Source of the DNA: Anthoceros angustus
Lineage: Eukaryota; Plantae; Anthocerotophyta
DNA: 42,380 nucleotides
Assembly: GCA_010909165.1 (NCBI GenBank)
Contig: VJWM01000355.1
Coordinates: 1-42,380, forward strand
Reading direction: 5' to 3'
Below the pieces are notes generated by a model. It worked only from the letters and a program-made list of their open reading frames with translations. It made no database searches and was not told where the DNA came from. Positions within the stretch are counted from its first letter, which is position 1; each line of letters begins with the position of its first letter. Below, piece by piece: positions 12,420 to 24,019 of this stretch. Position numbers and translations under genes: made by a program.

Positions 12420-13333
12420 TGCTTTTTCACCATGACGTGTGTCTCAGAAGTGGAGTTGCCCTCCTTGCGAGGTACTCCGGACTGCTTCTTTCGACACTCG
12501 CTCTCCCAATGACCTGGAATCTAGCACCAGTGGCATTTTCCAGTCTTCTTGGGTTTCTTCTGTGAAGTAGCTCGCTGTGAACTGCTAGCACTTGAGGTAT
12601 TCTATTTACCTCTGAAGTTAGGCTTGCTGCCTTTGTGTCTGTTTGTGGTGTAAAGAGCCTGCTGCTTGCTAGCACGCCTGTTAGTTCCTCTTGTTGCTTC
12701 TTCCTGGAGAAGAGCTCCCACTAACTCTGAAAACGTTGTTTGTGGAAGAGTAACACTTGCAGCCTTAGCTATCTTCTGGCCCTGAAGCCGCGAAGCGTTA
12801 TAGGACGTCACAAAGTGTGACCACGAATCTGGGAGTGACATCATGAAGTACAATGTGAGTAAATCATCCTTGAGAGGTCCCTGAGAAGCGCTCTCTAACT
12901 TAGAAACCAGTGTTCTAAAGAGTCCAAGATGTTTTTCAATTGTATATCTCTCATCTTGCGCTCGAACATTGAGCCGCCATCTGAGTTGTGGTATTTGTTC
13001 CTGCGTACAGATCTTGAAGCCTGGACCATATCTCAGCTGAAGTCTTGCATCCAGAGGTCTGTCTTAGCATGTCGGAGGTCAACCCACTCCGGATCAGGTA
13101 CATGGCAGATTCATCCCTAATAGTCCATGCATCCTGATTCTTCTTTTCAGTAATAGAAGGAGTGGAGTCGGCAGGTACAGTGGCAGGAAACTTGTCCTCC
13201 CCTTTGACCAGCTTCCAAAGCTGCTTGTTTTGCAGTGCTCCTTGCATCCGCATAACCCAGATATCATAATCGCTCCCAAACTGTCCTTTTCCTTGAAGCC
13301 ATCTCCACCCAGGTTAGTGTTAGACTCAACCAT
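12420..13333 (-). pseudogene. gag: Ty1/copia gag (UBN2-type) to start of protease, frameshifted
   Basis: MQGALQNKQLWKLVKG..W..RDESAMYLIRSGL..CKTSAEIWSRLQDLYAG and FMMSLPDSWSHFVTS..FSELVGALLQEE are copia gag hallmarks. PEYLARRATP (~12440-12490) may be a decayed W.LDSGAT protease motif. Confidence 0.85.
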
Positions 13334-13449
13334 GTTTAGGATTTTTGTAGGTCCTTCCTAACTGTTAGGAATTTTATGGCTGTTAGACTAATACTCCTGT
13401 CTGACCTAACCTGTGCCGGTCAAGAGGACTGATGGTTCAAGGGTATCTA

Positions 13450-14135
13450 AGATGTTATTAATACATCAAAGATAGGCTGCAAACGCCGCTACAAAGGGTT
13501 AGCAAGTCCGTACCCAGGTAAGTGCATTTGAACTCGCTTGCAATCCTTTGTTTCTAATCTCCACTTGTTAAATGCATAGGTGGAGCAAGAGGGACATGAA
13601 TTTGGAGCATCAAATGTATGCAGCTTATATGTTTTATCTGCACGCTTACATGCAACACCCCTGGAAAATGGGTTAGCAAGTAAAGCGGGCTTTAACAATG
13701 TAAGCATCTTGAAGTCCAAATGTCCTATTTGCTCTTTCAGATATTGTAAGTCTACACTAACAGCAGCAAGTTTATGAATGATGCTTTGAAAACGTCTATC
13801 AACATGTTGCTGGTGTGCTTCAATCCTAGCATTTAACTGTGATACACTTGTGTGTGGTGCGACATGTGTGGTTAGGAAACCCCGGGATTACCATGGAATG
13901 CTCGCGCACGCACTGGAAGATTGTTAGGGTTTCTAGGTGGAGGGGCAAACACCGATGCTGTTCGTGGAAGAGAGTCTCAATCAAAGTGTTGAATGACTTT
14001 CACTTCAAGAGTGCCTGATTTTATGCTCGAACCGTCCATTCTCGGTTTGTTGGTGGAGAAGTCAATCATTTGCGGCTTGCACTCCTTGCCCTCCGCGCGA
14101 TCTATTGGAATGCCAGGCGTGGCAGCCATTGTTGC
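13450..14135 (-). pseudogene. Second, strongly decayed copia-type gag fragment
   Basis: Minus-strand NKPRMDGSS..KVIQHFD (cf. 'KPP.FDG.NY..WK.KM') followed by gag-like helical segments. It lies downstream of a Met-type PBS at 14490-14500. Confidence 0.35.
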
Positions 14136-14489
14136 TCCCAATAGATTGGCCATTCATTTGGCTAGGATTTTGTGTTTTAGAATTTTCAAGAACCATTTTT
14201 GTAATTCTATATGATTTTATATAAAGATTTGTGCCAATTGGCTTGTTCTAGTGTACTAGTGTCAAATTGCTATGCAATCAATAACAGGTGCACTAGACAG
14301 AACTCCTAGAAATGCAAATTTTCTAAATAAAAATCAAGAAAAGAAACTACAAGTTGGTTTCTTGATCATTTTCTTGTTTTCTCATTAGAAAATTATTTTC
14401 TAAACAAGAAACAAACACAAACACATATTTGTGCACATAGATGTGCACAATTTAATGTGCATTCTCATGAATGCAATCTATACTCGATG

Positions 14490-14500
14490 GCTCGATACCA
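14490..14500 (-). other. Degenerate tRNA-iMet primer-binding site
   Basis: Minus strand reads TGGTATCGAGC, the canonical TGGTATCAGAGC less one base. An AT-rich LTR-like stretch lies upstream (~14503-14990). Confidence 0.5.
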
Positions 14501-15356
14501 TAACAAAATATGTAATGGTGCATCAATTCAACATATTATTAATTACATTGTATATATGTGTGTATATATGAAAGACAAGGACATATGAGCAAGAACTAGA
14601 CTTAATCGAACTAAAAGGCATGACCTCACCAATGCATATGTAACCCCAATGAAAGGCAAGTGTTAAATTAAATCTCTAAGTACACACTCTATATATATGG
14701 ATATAACCAAACCCCAATGACTCAACACTATTATCTCCATTACCTTTCTCTCAAATAAAAATCTCCCTCCACCATGGTCTAAGAAGCAGTGGGTGCAAGC
14801 CATTAGAATGATTGAAAACTCATGGCATGGAAGAAAACATGCCATGGTCTCAAGGTCGCTTGAACTGAAAAGACGACTGCTCCACTCTAAGCTTCGTATC
14901 TATATCAAATATCTACACCATTGTGCACGGTGGGTGTACATTAAGAGCCATTCAAGCAAACTAAATGCCCCTTTCATTATGCCATGAATGAAGGACCGTC
15001 CGTATGTGATGAATTTCCGCTGTATATACCAATTCCCGAGAAAATCCTAGCGATGGGATTGTGTGTAGCATGCATCTAATCCACGATGCTATGCAAGATA
15101 TGTTCTTCGTTAATTAGTTCAACAAAAGGTACACAAGGTGTGTTTTAAGGTAGTGCAAGTGAGGTGTCCGCTCATGAAGAGGCACACACCTCGTAGAGTG
15201 ACCTAACCTCTAGATTTGCAATTCAGATTACAGGTGGGGGTTACATGGCGAGTATTAACTCCGCCCGCAACACTCTCTTAAGTCGAGCGTGCAACCTAGG
15301 GCTAGTGATGGAGACTCATCTTCCGCGGAATGTGACACTCCTCTGTGCTTGCGGCA

Positions 15357-15368
15357 CGCCCTCCTCAA
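15357..15368 (-). other. Polypurine tract of the copia element, followed by TG (3' LTR start at 15356)
   Basis: Minus strand TTGAGGAGGGCG|TG immediately after the RNase H C-terminus (DILTKGLP). Confidence 0.55.
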
Positions 15369-15399
15369 GGCTAAGTCTCTTCCGCCTAAAGCCACGCGC

Positions 15400-16620
15400 A
15401 GTTGGGGTGAGAAGTCCTGGGCTGCTTCAGCTTGAGCATGTGCCGGTAGTGGCGTGCTTGGGCAGACCCTTGGTCAATATGTCCATAGCGTTGTCCTCCA
15501 GCTGAGACGTAGCCTTGACTACGCCTGCTCAACTACATCCCGTATGTAGTGATGTTGAATTGGCGTGCTTTGTCCCGGGCGTGGAACTTGGGATTTGCAA
15601 CCAAAGCCTGGCTACACATGTTATCACAATGAAGGGTGTAGGATTGTCTCCGCTCGTCGTATGCGTCGCCAGAAGGCTCTCTCCCACTGGCCCTTCGCAA
15701 AGACGGTAAGTGATTTATACTGCCTCGTGGAGGAGAGGGCGATGGAGGTTTGCTTTGCAACTCCAACTCACCGTCAGAGGCAGAGAAACGCAGCGCTAAG
15801 GCTCTTCCGTGAGTCGGGGTCGGAGGTGTCCAATCAGACGGTATCCCACAAGCGGCTGTACCGTGCCTTCGCTTTTGTATGCCAGCCGTATGAGGGTTCC
15901 TTTAGCAGCGGAAGGCCCTCTTGACCGCGCCCAATGTGCCTTCCAGTGATTCAAGAATTGTGATAATCGTGGGAAACGGAGTAATCGGATGTCGGGGTCC
16001 TGGGTCCATCCGCTGACGAAGATAAGGCTGCTCTACGTATGAGGAACCGATTCCATCTCCTAGCTTCCTCTCATTGCCTCGAGGGCATCGATCCGAAGCT
16101 CGTTACCGTATAGGGAAGTGCCGATGGGCCTAGCTTGGTCCAGCTTGAATCTTGATAATATTTCCTTGATGTACTTGTAATTATGTGTTCAACACTTTGT
16201 GTAGGAGCGTTCTTGCGTAGCCCTGGTGATCCATGTATAGCTCACAAATCGTCGAAAGTGCTCCATCTAGGAACGCCTGCGGCACACATCCATCCGTGGT
16301 AACAACTCCAGGTGGGTCGCCGAGCCTCGGCGAAAGGAGGATGCTGACAGATTGGGCCTCAGCATTGTGAGGAGAGAAAGTTTCGCAGTTTGAGCCCTTC
16401 AACTTGAGAGAAGCCCCTCGGGCTACTAAGCCGGGCAACCTGCCCTTGGGCGTTAGCTTGCTTGAAACGCGTCCATGTCATACCGGAGTCACGCGGTGTC
16501 GGGATCATTGGTTGAGGCAAGTCCATGTACATAGAGAGAGTATATCGGTAATATCTTGACATCTAGAAATGTCATGTATTGTTAGCCATTAGTTTTCAGG
16601 AAGGTTGTGACGCAGAATTA
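15400..16620 (-). pseudogene. pol: Ty1/copia reverse transcriptase (C-terminal part) and RNase H
   Basis: FLDVK (~16553-16567), MYMDLPQ, KYIKEILSRFKLDQARPIGT, VSWSCK, LHCDNMCSQALVANPKFHAR and DILTKGLP, in the correct copia order. Confidence 0.9.
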
Positions 16621-17145
16621 CCAGTTGATTTGCTGGATCATAACAAGGAGATTCGCGCGGGAGCTGGTGAGAGTGACAAGACCGGGAAACGCAATCATGG
16701 AAAAGGATGGAAGGCGGCGGCATGGCGAGACGAGAGAGCGGCAGGCGACTAGGCGCGGGATACAAGAGGCAAGCGTGCTTGGCTTAGGATAGTCTTGAGA
16801 GTCTCTTTGAGCCGGAGGACGCCCCGCGCCGAATCAAGTAGTGAATGCAAAAGCTTGTTTGGGAATTTCGGATGTCCGAGTCGACACTTGGTTTTGGGTT
16901 GCTGCACTTTGGCTCCTCAGAACTCTCAAACTCACCGCGTTTGATCGGTGATAGACGCTGATTGAATGAGGCATTTTACTCTCAAGACCGCTCGACGGGC
17001 GCGTGTGATGTCGTGCTTGAGAAAGAACTAGGGTTCCGAGCTATGTTCCTAGTTGCATGTACATCGCCACCTTGATGTCAAGCTCTGAGGACCTTGTTAC
17101 GGTTCTTGAGAAGCCTTGAGTTAGGGTCTGGATTGGCGTGAAACA
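16606..17145 (+). repeat. Candidate 5' LTR of the PHD-gypsy element, with a PBS-like TGGTAATCAAG at ~17152-17162
   Basis: Starts TGTGACG at the copia junction and ends CGTGAAACA (imperfect inverted match), followed by a Met-PBS-like motif. There is no second copy in the window to confirm it. Confidence 0.35.
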
Positions 17146-17449
17146 GGAATGTGGTAATCAAGTTGTTGGATGAAATCGGTTTCGATCATTGTTGGCTGCA
17201 TGCATGACGGATGCGCGGATGAGCTGAGTGGTGAGGCACCACCAATTACGTTCAAGGAGGGTGCTCAAGCATGTGGCTACACCTCGCAAAAGAGCCGGAG
17301 CAAAATCACCGATGCGAGTGAGCATCCGGTGGAAGACTCGCAAAGCGGAGATGCGCTTGTTCTGAAGAGACATCTTCAACAGCACCGATACAGCTGTTGG
17401 CTGGTCACCATTGGCGAGATCACAGCTCATGTGCTCTTTTCTTCTGCAG

Positions 17450-18460
17450 AATCGGTGACTCGAAATCGCCGTCTTGGTTCTCTTCCAGCCAAATCGGATA
17501 AGTTTTCGGTAGACCGCGCAGACTTTGCGTGATTTCGTGCTCTATTTCAACTTCCTTACTAGCCGTGTGAAATTCAAGCATGGCATAGCTTTTGAGATCG
17601 TTACATGTTTGAGCAATCACGGTTACATGGCGATGAGGCTCTCGATCTATATGAGACACATGCATGCGGCTGGCTACATCTGTGACTCCTAATCCCGCTT
17701 ATCGCCTTTGCAGTGGCGTATAATAATTTGCATGCATCGGTGGCACCACCAAGCCGCCATCGGTAATGTGTCACCTAATGTGAAACCTCCGGGGAGTGAT
17801 CAGATGACCTCCCAAGAGCGTGCTGCCACGGCGCGGGTATAGAAGAATACATTGAGGTTCACGCTTACGCTAATCCGGTGGAGGAATTCTTTATCATTCT
17901 TGAGAAGGCTTTTCCTTTCAAGACCCGAGAAGATTGTACTCTGCGTTTACACGCAAGAAAGGAGAAATCGTTCAAATGGCTTTCGCCGCTCATGGAAGCT
18001 AAGAAGGTCTGGCATGTTGACCATGAGGTCGAAGTTTCTTAGTGCTTTGGAGAGAGCCATTATTTCATTTCAATTGTTCACTTCACTTGTTGACAAGTCA
18101 CGGAGATCAATACACTCTTGAGTGTGTTTGTGAAGCGGAGGAAAGGAGAGGCATTCTCGGCTTATGCTTACAAACACTGGCGTACTCGCATTATGACATG
18201 TTTGGGCAAAAGTAACTCGGGGAGTCGGCAGTGGAGTGGTAAAGCCTACAGTTAAACCAAGATGTGCATTGCTGCTACTTTCACCGTAGTAATGAGATGT
18301 GGAAGCACCGAACATTTGTCTCCTGCATGCAAATGCGTGATGGAGTCATTGTATTGCACACACTGTCACAAGACTGGTCATGTTGTGACAGTCTGTTTCC
18401 AGAAGTTTCCGGAGCGTCGAGTGCAAAAGGCGGGTGGAGATGGTGAAATTTCAGCATCCG
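17450..18460 (+). pseudogene. gag: gag of the PHD-gypsy element with two zinc knuckles
   Basis: LPAKSDKFS.DRADF capsid-like start; RCGSTEHLSPAC (partial knuckle) and YCTHCHKTGHVVTVC (CX2CX4HX4C) in ORF 18262-18528. Confidence 0.75.
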
Positions 18461-19329
18461 CAGTTGCCATTGGGTCTCCTACTATAATGGCCGGGACATC
18501 TGCAGGACCTGTTCCAAGAGCAAATTAAAGCGGGAAGTTTAAGCGAAGATCGTGGCCAATGCTAGTAAGGTAAGTGACCGAAATCAGCTGCTCTTGCATT
18601 TAGCTTGGGTACACTTCTTGCTAGTTTGGCGTCAAGCTGCTGGAGGAGCGCTCGTGGTGTCTAAAGATAAACTTGCGGGGAGTTATGGTTTGTGACTCTC
18701 CCGATGAGCATGTGGGAGAAGATTATGGGGATCCTTACCATGTTTGCTGGCTCACAAGATGGTGACGAAGAAAATTTCGAGCGAGAGATGCAGTACATCT
18801 AGTATGCTAGAAGACTTACCTTGCTCTTGGTTAGGTCGAGCTGGCCAGCATGACGGCGGAGGTTCGCCCCACGGCAAAAGTATCAGTTGCGGCTAGCGCT
18901 CATGCCTAAGTCATTTGCCATCGCATTTTGGCGTCATTCCGCCATTGCGTGGTTCGGACCATTTCCATATCTGGACGTGAGTCAGCGAGAGATCAAGGAG
19001 GTGAACCTATTCGTTTGTCTTCCATGACGTGGGAGGAGTCGGAATTGCTACACAAACTGGTGCATGTACCTTTATTTTCTCTTGAGGAGGTGGGAATAGG
19101 ACCGCGGTTGCTTCCTTTACATCATGGTTCGGTAGATGATACCACGCATGTAGTGCAGAAGTTAGACAAGCATCGGTGAGGCACTAGCTGATGCTCTAGC
19201 TACCAGTGAGCTGGATTGGATTGAGCCACTCAGCTGGAAAACCGGTGATGGTTTCACACTTGGCCCTGCACAAGGCAATTGGTGCAACCAACAAATCGCA
19301 AGTTCGGGTCAATCATGCATTGGTGAACA

Positions 19330-19720
19330 ATACCGCTGGTCATGTGACGATCAATGGTGTTGCACCTCGTATGGTGTTGTTAAATCTGGTGCTCGCTTAT
19401 TATTGGTCGACAGCCACTCGATTGCGATTGATGGGATCGGCATTACGCAACTCTCCTCGAACATAGACAGCAATGAGCTGGAGCCAGTCAAGGGTGAGAC
19501 GGTGTTTCCGATTCTATTTCTCTTGACTGTCGCCGTGACTCTCTCTCGAGTTACGTTGTCTGGTTTCTACTGCTACCAATTATGATGTACTTTTGGGTCA
19601 GGAGTTTTTGTTCCCACCTGGGGTTAGCATTGATAATTGGACCGAGCAAGCTTTTTACAGACCTGATTGGCAGCAAGGAGGCAAGAGGTTGGCCTATATT
19701 CCACTTGATTTGCATCACTG
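19330..19720 (+). pseudogene. Aspartic protease of the PHD-gypsy element
   Basis: VTINGVAPRMVLL(D)SGA across a frameshift at ~19380, then YDVLLGQEFLFPPGVSIDNWTEQAFYRPDWQQGG. Confidence 0.7.
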
Positions 19721-21199
19721 CAATGACGATGTGGAAGTGTCGTTGGCCGGCCGCCATGTCTGTATGATAGTATTCTCGGTTGGTCAAGGATGATCGGCAT
19801 GAGCAATGGTTGTTTTTGGTTGATGAGACTATCGAAGTGAGCACGACTCGATGGTGGAGGCTTGTGCCGCTGCGTTGATGAGATGATTGTCGGTCACCCT
19901 CGTTGTCGGTTGAGGCTCAACATCATGTCGAATTTGCGTTATGAGCTGGTTGTGGATCGGTCCTGGCCTCGACCTTTGGGCGATTGCACAGAGTTGCTTT
20001 CAACGCCCAGTGACGACGACTATTTCGTGGCCTTTTGTCAGCATGTATTGGTGGAGTTGTTTGGAGGTATTTGCAGAGCTTGGAGGCTCATACGTGCGGG
20101 ATTGCGTATTCATAGTTATTACTATTGTGATAATCGCTTAGTGGTCACAAATTGCTTTTACATCGTTGCGGCTTGTGCATCCGCTTTTCCCCGAATTTAA
20201 TCGATCCGCTTTCAATTGTGCTTTTACTACCCCGCCACAAGACATCTTGTTGATTCAATCCTCCATGTTCAAGCTTTAGGACGTGTGGACCTTGTGGTTG
20301 CGGGTTGGGAATGCCGGTTCTCCGGCTGGATTTGGGGATGGCCTCTGATTCGCGATCCGGGTTGTTCTTCTCTCTCGCATGAGTTTCAGTAGATAATCCG
20401 TCGGTGGTTTGTGCTGGAAAACACTCACATCTAGATTCTCGGTCCGTGTGCGCCATGACGCCAATTGTGCGGCATGTTCGGGCCCGCCTCGGTTTTTGAT
20501 GCCGTGCGAGTGCTTATGCTCATCGTCTTCGCAGCTTTTGGACAACTGGCTTGTGATGTCCTTGTATTGTCTTTACATCTGTGAACGCCAATTACAGGAT
20601 GTGCTCAAGTTTATCACTCTCCTCGACCGCCATTGGGAGAAAGCCCCATGGTTTGCTACCAATGAGGTGGGTTATCCATGACGATTTTGCCTACACTTGT
20701 TAGTTTCGGTCTTATGCGACGTGGAGAAGGCGGGATTATTATCGTGCATTGAGACTCGGCGTTGGGAGGAACCCATCAAGAGCGGAACGCATTATGGGGT
20801 TTGCGACTCACGATAATCGCTGGCATTTCTATTGCTCGTGATGTCGGTCGTGCCATGGATTTACATCTTTGTGACTGGCTCACAAGATCGCTATTTTCCA
20901 ACTTTTGCTGGTCCCGGTTTTTATGTTTGTCGGTGTGCAAGCTTGTGTCATCCAGATGCTTGTTCATCCGCTTTTCCAGCAGAATCGCCTTTTCACCGAA
21001 GCGGGGAGTATGCATTTTAGAGATCATCGTTCCGATGATCCTGGCGACTCGCGTTGGTAAGAAATCGTATAAGATGGCTGATTTCCGGAAGATGGGTCCT
21101 GTTGACAAATGATCAGCGACTGATTGCTTCAGATAACATATCAAGATTGTTTTGCGTTTTCGATGAAGGACCTTGGTACTTGCAACGTTATGAAGTTCG

Positions 21200-22390
21200 A
21201 GACAACTAATGAGCCCATCTACCGCGCTATGTGCCCGAAATGGGAAATAGTCGATAAGCTACCGAGAACGTATGAGGCGGATTGATTCGACCATCCACTC
21301 GACTATGCACTGAATCGCTCTTCCTCCTAAGAAGGACCGTGGTTTATGGATAGAGCGCATGTGGTGATTATCGACCGATCAATGCCGTGACGGCTCAAGA
21401 TCGTTATCCGATGCCCCACCGGAGGAGCTATTCGATAGCAGATACGCATTCTTCTGTTCTCGACTTGCGGCAAGGGTTCAACCAGGTGCCAATGGTTGAA
21501 GAAGACATAAAAAAGACAGCATTTCATGGCTCGCAGCAGCTATGGGAATGGTTGTTTATGCTGTTTGGGTTTCGAAATGCACCTGTTACATTTCAGCGTA
21601 TCATGGACAAGGTATTGTCCGGAGCTGCTCATCTTCTTTGCTATATTGATGATGTGCTTGTGCACAGCAAGGATTTTGAGGCTCATTTGAGGCATTTAGA
21701 GGATCTATTTTGCAGGCTCCAAGGCGGACTCAAATGCCATCCAAGAAGTGAGCTGGCATGGATAACGCCTATTTGGGACATAGGATTGTGCCTAATGGTA
21801 TCATGCCACACGCTGCAAAGGTTCAAGCTGTGTTAGAGGTACTGTTGTGTGTCGAATTGCGCTCCTATTTGGGATTGTGTAACTACTACCGGATTTACAT
21901 TCAAGATTTTAGCAGTCTTGCTAAGCCACTTAACAACCTGCTTCGCAAGGGCGTGATTTGGGATTGACGAGGATCAGCGAGCATTTGAATTGTTGAAGAA
22001 CAGGCTGATGCAAGCGCCTGTGATGGCCCGGCCAGATTTCGAGAAGCCATTTGTGCTTCATACGGATTGGAGTCAGTTAGGTATTGAGCGTGCTTGTACA
22101 ATCGGACGAAGAAGGACATGAGCGCGTTATGCGTCACGAGTAGCAACAACATGAGAGCAATTATCCTAGCTATGAAGGGGAGTGTTTGGCTGGGCTGTTT
22201 GCCATTTCGGACCTTATCTATGGTCGGCCATTTACTTTGGTGACCACCATCAGCCTTTACGCTGGCGATAATACTAAGCTCGGTGGCAAGGTCGCAAGGT
22301 GGGCAATGACATTGCGGGATTATGACTTCCAAGTCGTTCATCGCCCCGGCATCACACACGTAATGCGGATGTGCTTTCGACATCCCGACT
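21200..22390 (+). pseudogene. pol: Ty3/gypsy reverse transcriptase and RNase H
   Basis: DYRPINAVTAQDRYPMP, LDLRQGFNQV, KTAF, FGFRNAPVTFQR, YIDDVLVHS, GLKCHP, LGLCNYYR; RNase H: RPDFEKPFVLHTDWS, YEGECL, LYGRPFTLVT, KVARWA..LRDYDFQVVHRPG. Confidence 0.95.
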
Positions 22391-22449
22391 GTGATGAGGA
22401 TGAGACGTGCTAGGCAGGACCATGACGAGATCACGGGTCAAGTTTCTTA

Positions 22450-23660
22450 CACAGCAGCAACATGTTTGCGGAATCTATGTGTGGGACATGGAGAACCTAC
22501 TGCTGATTTCCGGCACATGCGCGACATATGGGAAGATGATCATACTGTACGGTTTCTTCAAACTGGATTGTTTCCTGCTGATTGCACAGCACTTCAACGA
22601 GATCGGATACAGCAGCGAGCAGCTCGGTATCGTTGGAAAGATGGCTATTTGATCCGCACCTTGTTCACTGGGCTCGGCCGGTGCCTCGCACCATGACCGA
22701 GTAGCTTTGGTCATGCGTGCTCATTCGACATGGGTCACTTTGGGGTCAAGCGAACATATAGTTTATTGTCTCCTCATTTCCATTGGTTTGGGATGTATGC
22801 TCAAGTGTGGCGTGGTGGCGTATGAGCAGGTGAAAGTGAAGTCTTCTTTTAACATCAAGTGATTGCAGCCATTACCCATTATGGGTTTGTTTTATGAGAT
22901 GGTCTTGTGATCTTATAGGAGATTTGGTGCGTAGCAACGTGTATGTGATGGTGATGGTGGAACATTTTTCCAAACAAATTGTGGCTCTACCGGACAAGTC
23001 ATCGGAAGCACTTCTTGCGATGTTCTCACGCTTTGGTAGGTGGCGAGTGTTTGACGGATCAAGGCCGTAATTCGGGAGAATTCCAAGATCTGTTAGACTT
23101 CGCATTCATCGATCACCGACGCACTAGCAGAGACCATCCTCAAGTCGACGGTTTTAACGACTTGTTCAGACCATCAAACAAGGGCTCGTAAGTTGTTGCT
23201 CAAGATGTCTAAGAACGGGATTTGGCTTTGCCATATGTGGCTATGGGGTACCCGTATGAGCAAACACGCCGCTAGCTCACTTTTCACCGTATTTCCTCTT
23301 GTTTGACGATCCGGTTCCGCGGTTGCCATTGCCAAGGAAATGAACCGGTGGTCGGTGGATGATCCAGACCACTTGGGCTAAGGTTGTTGGCGAAGGCGGT
23401 GTTGTTTGCAGAGCCATGCCTATGGCGATGGGTGAAAATTGCTCAACATGGGACTCTTTACGTTATGCTTACACCGTGGAGTGGGCATTTCCGACCTAAG
23501 ATGAGGAAGTTCCATGTTGGCGATTATGTTTATCTTCAGATAAAGCGACACATTAGAACCTTCTACTAACCGCTTGTTATGTGTGAAGGAACGATCCGTG
23601 TGTTGGTGCTAGAGCGAGATGGCGGACTATACAAGACCACATGACCAATTGTGCTCCTTG
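22450..23660 (+). pseudogene. pol: Ty3/gypsy integrase
   Basis: DIWEDD.., GHFGVKRT (HHCC region), LQPLPIMG, VMVEHFSK, ECLTDQGR..EFQ, TSRDHPQ.DG, LPYVAMGY, KFHVGDYVYL, NCAPCHLP. Confidence 0.9.
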
Positions 23661-23716
23661 CCATCTACCTAACTGGATCCCACGATTGTCACAAATAATG
23701 GGTGCCACCTAGTGAT

Positions 23717-23860
23717 TATCCATGTCAAGTTTGTCAACGGGTGGATGACCCCGAGCTCATGTTGCTTTGTGATGGTTGTAATAGGCTTTCATGGCTTTTG
23801 CCTTGTTCCGCCAACAGAGGTGCCTGAAGGATTGATTGGTATTGTGCTCGGTGTGATGGA
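23717..23860 (+). pseudogene. PHD finger (C4HC3) at the integrase C-terminus
   Basis: YPCQVCQRVDDPELMLLCDGCNR-(fs)-HGFCLVPPTEVPEG-(fs)-DWYCARC. All eight zinc ligands and the aromatic W are present. Confidence 0.92.
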
Positions 23861-24019
23861 GAGACCACCTCTTTGGGATCTGGCATTCTAGTTGAACCAA
23901 AGATTCTCGTGTTGGCCTTCTCTTGGCTTCGAATGGGGATAAATTTAGCGTGATTATTGTTTTTCTAATCACCTCCTCACCATGTGCATTCGGGTCGAGT
24001 TGGAGCCGCTGATCATGAC

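Larger units (their letters stand above)
16606..24015 (+). mobile_element. Ty3/gypsy LTR retrotransposon with PHD-bearing integrase, 3' LTR missing, interrupting a copia RT
   Basis: Order gag-PR-RT-RH-INT-PHD on plus; copia RT motifs stop at ~24020 and resume at ~16605 on minus. Confidence 0.85.

Noticed and set aside
13373-13762. Short copia LTR (TGTTAG...CTAACA) with a half-tRNA PBS upstream of the gag at 13333
   Set aside because: The termini are only 6-bp matches, the PBS similarity is poor, and the interval overlaps a gag-like reading; not supportable without a second copy.
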